Source of the DNA: Auanema rhodensis
Taxonomy: Eukaryota > Animalia > Nematoda
Length of the DNA stretch: 64,000 nucleotides
Direction: 5' to 3'
NCBI GenBank assembly: GCA_964057225.1
Contig: OZ059899.1
Span: forward strand, 6,324,001 to 6,388,000
Shown here: piece after piece, positions 54,101 through 64,000 of the stretch
Position numbering within the stretch: the stretch's first letter is position 1
Layout of the letters: every line of letters begins with the position of its first letter
Made by a program: the position numbers and the translations under genes
Notes under the pieces: model-generated
Databases searched by the model: none
What the model saw: only the letters and a program-made list of their open reading frames with translations
Told to the model about the DNA's origin: nothing

Positions 54101-54666
54101 ACTGTTCATCAGTTGTCAAAGAGATTAGTTACGAGATTTTACGTTTTTCGTCGTTTAGATGTTATATAAAAATTGAAAATCATAAATATTTTTGACCATA
54201 TGAAATACTAATATAAATTGAATATATTCATAGAAATATATCGACATACCTCTCGTGTTATTGAAAGTGTGACGAAGTTACCCATAATGAGCCAGACAAA
54301 TGGTGGTACTACAGCTTGTATAATTGAAGCTAATACTCCAACAACCATTAGCTAAAACTTTATTTTTAAGAGTTTACTAAAATTGTATTTATACCTTAAC
54401 GTCAGTACTATCTGCAAATGAGTACATCCGTTTATAACATTTAAATAAACTATCTTTCTTTTCTTTGGGAGGTTTTTTTAATGATGATATTGATGTAACA
54501 TCATAAGCTAAAAACAAAAAATAAAGAAAAAATATTATAATTACATAAACTTACTTTTTAAATTATTTTTTGGATCATCTATATATAAATTACTTGAATT
54601 AATTGTGTATATAATACTTTTATCCGAAGATTTATCAGATGTTTTTGAGGATTCGGATTCTTCCAT
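48171..54666 (-). CDS. Full-length ABCB/P-glycoprotein transporter with divergent TMDs (possibly pgp-10-like)
   Basis: TMD-NBD-TMD-NBD over many short exons. Both NBDs intact: [26 protein letters not shown], (IF/LL)DEAT.ALD and AHRLS; ends [11 protein letters not shown]. Start Met approximate; possible upstream donors near 54912 and 57469. Confidence 0.93.
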
Positions 54667-57600
54667 CCTCCACCTAAAAGAAATTATAAATTAATATAAA
54701 CTGTGAAAAGTAAAGTATATATATATAAAAAAAAAGAAAACATCAATAAACTATTATACAGTACATATTAAAACAGTAACATAACAATTCAATAATTAAA
54801 AAAATTTGATTAAAACTGTGTTTTCGGTAAAAAAAACGTTCAGTAAATTAGTGATCAAAGATGACCAAGATATTATGTTTTTTTGACAATTATTATACAA
54901 TGCTTCTCATACCTTCTTACATAGTTTGAAAGAGGAGACACCTCAGCATGCTGATGCTGTAAATGATTGAAACGTGTTTTCGGTTATCTTCAAGAAATTA
55001 CGTACTTTTAACAGAATTCGTTTTTAGAATAGACTAACTAATGGGACAAAAAAAAACTTGAAATATCAAAATATACCACATATATTTGGTTTTTCTAATA
55101 AAGGTCAAGTATGTTTGTTAGCGAAAAAATAATCATGAAATTACTATTTATACATACAATTTCAAAAAGTTCCTTCTTACTTTATAAGATGATTGTTAAT
55201 TAGGTTGTTAACTAAATGAAAAATTCAAAAACATAACAGAAATGCATTTGTACTAAAACATTTAATGTTCTAATTATCACACATATTTCATATAATAAAA
55301 ATTTTTTCTGGTACCTTGTGATTTTTATTTTTTGGTTTCATCAAACATCAGAAACATAGTAAAAATTTCAAATAAAATATTACATGAAATGGAAAAAAAA
55401 GAAATAAAAGATATGATAAAAGATTGATCTTTTTATCATAAATAGTAATTGATAGTCTAAATGATAATTTTCGTTTGAATATGAAAAGCCTTCATAAGAT
55501 ACAACTTCAATAGTTTAGAAATACTTCAACTTGGAAAGTACTAAAATCCTATTAAGTTAACATCTAAGCTCATTTTTTCAACACAACCTATCATATAAAA
55601 AAAACTTTCAAAGTCATAATATATTTTGATAATTATGAAAAGCCGTAATACAGTTTTCAATATTTGGACAAAAGACATTTTTTTGAGCAAGTTATATCTT
55701 TCGGCACGTCTTGAACAAACAATGCCAAGAGTTGGAACAACATCAAAAAACGTGTTCCTTTTTTGGTTAAAAATTATATATTTGACCTAGATCAGGTTTC
55801 GATCTAGCGAAATCTATTATCATTAATGAAAATTTACGAAAGGGAAGGTTCAAGGGCAGGACTTGCAGAAAAGATTTACGTGTGATCAATTGGCATTCAA
55901 AGTTTTATAACTTACAGAAGCAATATGAATTTTAACTTTGATAATCCGTCAGATATGAAGTATAGTTGAATAATAATTTAAAGAAATACAAAAGGAAGTA
56001 AATGAGAGATGATAAGTGTACGTACCATATATAGCAAAGTTGTAAATGATTTTGCAATGCTTCAAAATAAAAGGTTAGAAGCTTAAGAAGTGAGGTCAAG
56101 CTTAGAATCTATGAACTTTTAGATTTCAGTATCTTTTATCATTAGCACTCTAAAAGAACATCTTTTGGCTTTTGTAGGCTTATAATTAAAACATCAAGAA
56201 TCACTTTAATAATTATCTAAGGTTAACTAAAATTTTTAAATATAGCTAAATCCATTACGAATATTTAATCATATCTGACTGTTATAATGAAAAATTACAC
56301 TGTTAACTAGTGATTCATATACGAAGAATTCAGTTGGTAGAAGTGGAACGATTGACGAAAACAGATTTCTAAGGTCAATTAAGTCATATGAAAACGTATC
56401 AGATGTGAGAAGTATATGATGATCATGTAGCTTTTCATGAAAGACAAAACATTGATTATATAATATCTATATGAAGATATGATTGATTAGATGATAAAGA
56501 AATATATATATATACATATATGTGTATAAAATAGAATTTCAATGTTTAGTAAATAGTAATTTTCCTTTTTTTTTGTAGTAAAACTTCTAACCGATATTAA
56601 GATTATGATGATGGTCAACAATCTGGAACCCATCATTAAATCTTAACGCAAATAATAAGAGAAGTTAAAAAAAACTGTATAAAAACAAATTCAAAAGATA
56701 ACAATTTTTTTTGGAAATTTAATAAATCAAAAAAAAAATTATAAACATCCATACAAGGATTGCTTTTACAACTTTTTTTGTTTCAATATTATTTTTAAAA
56801 ATAAAATGTAACGGGGAATAGTCTAAAAAGACCCTGCTATACGACAAAAGTAGAAATGTCTATTTGAAATAGAAAACATAAAAAATATAAGAAACATCAC
56901 GCTTTTGTAATCATGCAACTTAAAAATCCTGCTAATGGTCTTTCTATTTTTGGAAACTGAGATGATTTTTCAATTAGACCAGAGAGCTATTTAATTTGGA
57001 AAATCTGATTTGAATGATGAGGTGGTTAACAGTTAAAAAGCGAAGCGCACAGTTAAATCAAAAGAACAGTGAAGTCATCTAGGTGCATTGAACATGTAGG
57101 ACGACTTCAACGATGATAACGATTGCTTTGACGAAGGCGGCGACGACGACACAATCTTGGTGATGATGATGAGTATACTTGAGTGTTGTTTCGATTCTCA
57201 TGTTCTGATAAAAATTTGTAGCCAGAAGTTAGTGAACAAGATCTACGACTTGATCTATTGTTCTTTAAAGCTCTGAACTGTACATATTCTTTATTGGAAT
57301 TTTAATGGAAGATTTTACAAATCTCAGTAATTACAACTGAAATTACAAGAGATGGACAATCCTTTTCATCGTATACTCTTAGCTAACAGGTTTAGATTTT
57401 TTCATTTGTACATATCTATTTATATATAAATATACGTATAGATATCTATTTATGTATGTATATACTTACATTTGTTTTGCTGGTAGTACAGATAAGAAAA
57501 TTCAATGAGAAGTAAAATTATATATCTTCTTCAGTTTTCTATTTTACTCCGTTGCTTATTTAATGATAACAAGAGGATAGTTTGAGTCGTTTAAGGAAAA

Positions 57601-60600
57601 ACTCTTGAGAAATTACAAAACAGATAATGATATTATTCGAATAGCCATTTCCGTCGTTTTCCGAATCGGCTGTGAATGGAAATGGCCGGAACTAGTTTAG
57701 AATCATTCTTCTCTCTATCTTTCTCTTTCTCTCTCTCTCTGTCCTAAGAAATCTCTTCTTTAAGATTCTATTAAATGTTACACTTCTTCACAACACTCTA
57801 AACCACCACAACCCCTCGTTTCCACCTTTCCTCTTAATCAACTTAAGTTTTACTATCTATTTAATTATTTTAAGTCAAAAAACAATTCATGCAAGGTATA
57901 GAGAAGATACCTAGAAACGTAGTTCCACATACAGACAGGTTGAAATGTAATTTTCGAAAAGCATGGCTAGTTTTCTAAAACCTTATTACGCCTGACTAAC
58001 AATAAGAATACGAAATAATGTAAGAATAAGATTAAACGATAAGTATAGAACGACCTACTTTACTATAAAGCTAGAAATCTTGTAAGAAACTAAAGATGAT
58101 CATTAGAGAATAGAAATTACTGTAGTACAAAAGCAGTTCTGAATCTAGACATACCTGCTTAGTTGAGTTGAGAAGCTTTTATCTAATATGCTTCAATACT
58201 AACTTCACTTCATTATCATTAAGATTTGAAAGAAAATAAGAAAAAAGACTTATGTTATAGTTATGTCTACAAACAAATTTATATAAACAATATAAACGAT
58301 AATAATGATAAGATTGTATATTACTGATGTTGAATTTTTTTATATTATGCTTTATGATAGAGCTTCTGTTCATATCCCTGTTTAGGTTCAAAAAGCGCAT
58401 TCAATTCAATACCAAAGAAACTTTTGAAGACTGTAGTTGACCTTTCTCATAACATTTAATACAAATATTTATTTATATAATATTCTTTTAAGTTGTAAAT
58501 GAATTATATATTACTTTATAACTGTTTTTAATATTTTAATGTTATTTACACGTGTACACGAGTACGTGAGTTATATAATTTTATTTAAAAAAAACTAATT
58601 AACGGTTGTCCTTTTATTGTTTAACTTTTTTTTTATTCTTGCATCACATTTTAATTATTTTCAAAAGAAAATTAGAAAAAGATTGAAAAAAAAGATGGGG
58701 AAATGAGTATTCAGAGCTCAAGCGCTTCGTCTTCAAAATAATCTTTGCATACCTGTTATTCATTTTTATTGAAGCTTCTATAAAACTCAAAAACTTAATT
58801 TTTACCTAAAAAAAAACAAATATGATAAACTTGAAACTAAGTTTTCGTATTGTATATTGTATTTTTCAAACTTCATCATGATAGATAGATTACATCATTT
58901 TACTATATTTAGTTTTAATTGATATATTAAATTTTATAATAATTGTTGTAAAATCATCTTAAAATATCTTTAATGATTATAATATTTTTTCTTTAAATAT
59001 ATAATGTGATTTAGTATTTTGATTCTTTATTAATTAATTGTTTAAATTTCAATGGATCATTTTAACATATATTAGCATATATAAACTTACGAACAACATT
59101 AACCAGAACAAGTACATAGTTTGTAGATTGTAAATAAAATTAAAATTTTAAAAGTATAAACATTTTATTGAAGACAAGTTCTGATTTTGCACAAATTACA
59201 ATAAGTAAATCTGAAAATATATGATGGATGAACGAGATAATTACTGTAAAACGCTGATCATATCTTGTGCCTTACGATTACTGTGAAGAATATTGTTTAA
59301 AACCTAAGTTTTATGCTCTTATAAATAATATTAATATAATACTTATAAAATACTTATTTAAACATAGTAATATATGAAATATGACCTATTTATTCAGTAT
59401 GATTTTATATAAATTTTAAATATTCGTTAGATGGTATGAGATAATAACTTTAAATTAACAAAAAGTAAAATCTAAATGTATTAAAAACTTGTTTTATTCT
59501 GAAATGCACTTTTTCTGCTAAAAAAAAACCACATTTTCAAGGTAAAGTTCATATATGTATGTAATTTGCGTGAGTTGAACTTGGATAGCTTGAGGATGCT
59601 TTCGATTTGACCCAGATTCAATGAATAGGTCCCTGTATATGCTATGTGGTATAAAGGAAAATAGTTTTTATATGATGGACATAGCAAGTAAAGAAAGAGT
59701 GTAGATAGCCAGGTTAGGAGAATAAAGAGAGAAATAGGGGATGCATGGAAGAGTGAGAGAAGGAAAACGACTAGAAAGGAGGGTAAAGGAACAAGTTCTG
59801 TCAATCAAAGTACTTATTCATCTTGCTTTGACACTCAAATTCTCAGCGAAATATTTATATTTCTAACACAGAGTTTACAAGTTGTTATCATATTTTAACA
59901 TATACATATTATCTTTTTAATAGTTCATATATCTCAATATATCACCTGATAATTAGATATTTTCTTTTATTTATGAAAAACGGTTAAAATACGTAGTCAT
60001 ATGATCTAGACTTGGTTTTTCGGGATTTTTCGTAAATATCTTTCATCTCCTTTCATTCTTTCTCTTCTGCTTTCTGTACCCTCCCTTCTTCTTGTTTTCT
60101 TTCTTTCTGTTTCTCTGTATCACTGTCTTCTATTTCTCTCAAATTGTTTAAGTGACTCATTCGTTTTTTAAACTTACAAATAAATATCTTTTTTTTAAAT
60201 CCGTGAATGAATCCGGGCGCGTTACTTAGAAACCAAATGTCAATTGCAGTATCTTGGTTACGTACTAAAAGTAAAAAATTTTAGTTCTTCCTAAGTTTCT
60301 TGCGAATATTCTTTTTTGCTTTTAGACTTTGCTAGGAATATTTTTATATTTTGATAACTAATTCTGCTAATTTGTTAAAATATTTTTTCAACATAAACCA
60401 TTTTAAGCCAAAGTGCTGTAGTTATATTTGGAATTTGTCAAATGCTCTCTGAATGAATCACCATTGTTGACCTTTTTTTTAATTTTGAAAAATCATTCTA
60501 TTTTCTTTATTTAATCTGTCTCTAACAGCTGTTCTAATCTAAGTCATCATGTACCAGATGTGCTGTGTTAACTGAACATGCCGATGATATTTCATTTTTT

Positions 60601-61419
60601 TGGATAAAAAATGGAATATGATGTTTGATATAATTTTGCTGCTCAAACTAACAGGTAGAGAGATATTTCCAATCAACATGTAAGAGAAAGAATAGAAAAT
60701 AACTGAAATTTTAATGTTTCATATACATAACTCATACATTTGATAAATGAAATATTTAAATAATTATTCACAAGGAAGGAAAATTCTACGAAAACGTTGA
60801 TAAGGAAGCTTTTCAGTACCACTTCAATAATTATGTCTTTTAATAATTATTGATTATAAAAAAGTCGAAAAATTGTATTTAAATAAAAATGATGAATATT
60901 GAATGATTCAAAGCAATTGTCTGAATTATGAAAGGAAACTTAAAAGATGATAGTATATCTAAGATTTATTTATTTATATGAGCATAGTTTTATAAAAAAA
61001 AGTGTTTCTAAATATATGTATATGAACATATTCTATTTAATGATCTATGCCATATAACAAAAAATATTTAATTCAAATATTAACAGTTTCTTTATTGTTT
61101 TTTTAAAAATTTATATTTATGCTTGTTCCAAATAGAGTTTTCTTTTCTAGAAATTTAATCGTGGCTTCACAACAATACAAAATCGTTTTTGTGTTATCTT
61201 ATCAATCAAACAACCGGAACTCTTACATTAAACAATCCAAGCTCATCCATATTTAATTAAAAAAATAATTTTTAACTTAATTTTCATTACGACTTAATTC
61301 CTCTTCTTGGAAAAATTTGATTATTATTTGTTTTATAAATGCTCAAAACAAATGTAGTAGCTTATCATTAATACGTATAATATACTGTCTCATCAACTAT
61401 TTCTTTACTTATTCTTAAA

Positions 61420-64000
61420 ACTTTAATTCACTAAAGTTCAAATGCACTTTCTTCAGGCATTTTTTCCGCTTCCGCTTCAGTTTTCGAATGTACTTCTTCT
61501 ATCATTAAGTAAACGTTTGATCAATGTTTTGTATTAGTAGCATGAAATATATAGTTGGATTATCCGATACTTTGTCTATTTCAAATTTCATACTGTCTAT
61601 TCTTAATTTTTTTTTGATAGTTTACCAGGATGTCACGCAACAGCTGACGGCAAATCCTGTTTCGAATGATGAAGAAAAAGTTAAAAAACCCATTTTGTGA
61701 AGAGATGAAGTTGCAGATGAATCTAGAAGTTGCATTTTCAAACGATGTAACATCATATCTATAGATTTCTTTTCCACTTTATATATGTGAAGTAGCTAGT
61801 GATATTTTAAAATGCATGGCTTTTCATCAGCTCCAAGTTTTTGTCAACAAATTAATTGAGCCTTCTTTTTCGTTTTTTTTTCCGATTGCTCCCGAACATC
61901 CAAATACTTACGTCCATATGTTCATTTTTTTTTCAGTTACCATATATGGTTGCCAAGTTCTTTTTGATTATATTTATATAATTGTCAATTGAAAAATCAT
62001 AATTGAAAATAGTAGTTGATCTGCAATAACGGTACCAAACAATTTGTTGTCTTGTCTATTGAAACTTTGTTTTTAATATTATCTATATGTTATATAAGAT
62101 GTTTTAGTTTTTATATTTTGTTGTGATCATCTATCTATTCATTATACTTCACTTATACTATACTAATGAACGTTTTAGTTTAATTTTTATGAACTTTTTT
62201 GCACTAAATAATGAAAAAATTGCTTTTTTGCGCTTTCATAGTTGTTTTTAATATTCTCTCCTATTCCATCTCTTTGTCGAAATTCTTTCAGAGTTTTATA
62301 TCTTTCAATGCTCAAACAACGTTGCATCTTCAAAACATTTTGTACTCCAAATTATTTTTCATCGTTTTTTACTTTTTGTGCTCTTTCATTGTGCACCCTT
62401 AACCTTCAGTTTTCTGTTTTCAACACAATTTTTCTTAAAATTCGAAGAAAACCATATATTTTGTATAATATTATCTATATTTGATTACATGCAATTGAAG
62501 ATTTTTGTTTATTATTTGGATCTTGGATCATAGTTTTTTCTTTTCAACTACTGCTTTTTCTATTCATTGAAAAATCTAGATTTGTATCTCTATACTAGTC
62601 ATAAGAATGATGTCATCCCTTATCATACTTCAATTCAAGTGGAATTGAAGACTTTATTTGGATATAAGATGAATCTTGTAATTTGTAACTACCATATAAG
62701 CATATATTCAATTTTTTTAATTTATTAACATTATATGAAACGGCTTATTTTTTTCTGATTTTTGGTTCTCTCCCATAAAACAATCACATGAAATTAAATT
62801 TTTTTTTAAATCTAACTTAAAATCCTATCTATGGCTTCTCTTAATAATACATGTGGATTATATATTATATACATCTGTATATCTGACACGATGAATGCTT
62901 GTTTAAATGTCATCAGAATCATATCATTCAACTTCAAACAAAAGTCTTTTATATAAATTTTTTTAAAATTTTGTTAAGTTGAAGTGACAAAAGATGTTGA
63001 ACCCTCCTTTTATTTTGTTTTGTAGAATATTTTAATTGGGATATGACCTTCTTATGCTTAAAGCTATATTTAAAATTTGCATGTAAATTTTTAATTAAAA
63101 ATATTTTTCAAACATAATTGATGACATTTATATTCAACTTATTTTTTGAAACGTTCATATAATATTATTTCATATCGATATAGTTATGATTTTATAAATT
63201 ATGACGATATAATTTTTGTTTAAATTAAAATAATATATGATATCATTATTATATTATATTCGATATATTTTGATTAAAATAATAACTGTTCGTCATCATA
63301 ACTTAATGATATTCAATGACGTAATTTCTGAAATGATACATTTCCGCTCTTTTTCTTTTACTTCAAAACTCTTGATCACTTTCTCTTTTACTTCATTAAC
63401 CATATAACTAATATAAAAAAAGACTGTTTTTGATGTCTAGATAGTTTTAAATTTGAAAAAAACATGTATGATTAAGATTTTCATGAATGTATTTAAAAAT
63501 GGAGAGGGAAAATGCTTTTGTATTTTCAGGCTTTTTACATTCTAATAAAAAAGGTTTCTTCTAGAGTTTTTTTGGTATAAAAATGAATTAACTAATAGGC
63601 TGAATAACTGCTATTTTAATGGTTTCTTTACTTTATATTACGTATACCTATTAACCCTTTAAGTTTTGCTTTCTTGGTTAAAATATTCAACAACCAATCC
63701 CTTATTTCCATTTTGTATTTCTACTATATCATTTCAGTTTGTATCTATTGTAGTTCCATAGTAATAAAGCAGGGATGTCATCTTGAGCACAACAACAAAT
63801 GATTTTCTCGACCAAAGTCTTTTTTTTCACAAATGATTGGCAATGTTTATTTTCATCTCTTGAATTGTCTTATCTCAAGTTTGCAACAAATTCTTCGATA
63901 TTAACTATTAGATTGCTCTCAACTTTAATTAAAATTACTTTGCTTTCAATTTTATGAGATAAAATTTGCCTTATTTGGCTATTCTTCTCGCATCAGTTTG
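61420..64000 (-). pseudogene. Possible decayed protein-coding sequence
   Basis: Several E/K-rich coding-like minus-strand frames (~61430-61505, 61690-61920, 62190-62455, 63300-63405, 63650-63930) interrupted by isolated stops; no family recognised. Confidence 0.3.

Noticed and set aside
57644-57686. Hairpin GCCATTTCC...GGAAATGGC as a pre-miRNA
   Set aside because: The stem is too short (~11 bp plus a weak extension), and the miR-2-like TCACAGCC lies near the loop on the wrong arm
61420-64000. Stop-codon reassignment as an explanation for the interrupted frames
   Set aside because: All three stop types occur, and all intact genes in the window translate and terminate with the standard code
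1-64000. CRISPR arrays, prokaryotic systems, rRNA, intact transposons
   Set aside because: Eukaryotic intron-containing DNA; no spaced direct repeats, transposase/RT motifs or long terminal repeats seen

Overview
AT-rich nematode (rhabditid-like, clade V is my guess) nuclear genomic DNA with many short (~39-55 nt) GT-AG introns, so the ORF track shows only exon fragments. Gene models below were assembled by hand from splice sites. (1) 1-27.9 kb: an almost gene-free, strand-asymmetric regulatory region, probably the 5' introns and promoters of a minus-strand lin-14-like heterochronic gene whose body lies left of the window (one clear exon at 219-275). (2) 28-47 kb: a dense cluster containing an unknown membrane protein, TRUB2-like, rps-4, rpb-12, a GLUT-like sugar porter, sms-2, rsp-8/TRA2, a C2H2 zinc-finger gene, AMACR, a truncated AMACR-like paralog and a nested tRNA-Gly(TCC). 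Two probable operons diverge from one promoter. (3) 48-55 kb: a full-length ABCB/P-glycoprotein gene, followed by its upstream region and a possible decayed gene at the right edge. Best leads: a structured GC-rich rps-4 intron with a stop-introducing alternative 5' splice site (candidate autoregulatory AS-NMD switch); a ~190-aa CoA-transferase-III/AMACR paralog missing the active-site His segment; poison-exon and extra 3' exon candidates in rsp-8; and a composite motif shared by the 5' regions of the lin-14-like and pgp genes. No CRISPR, rRNA or intact transposon was seen. Orthology calls come from recalled protein sequences, not database searches.
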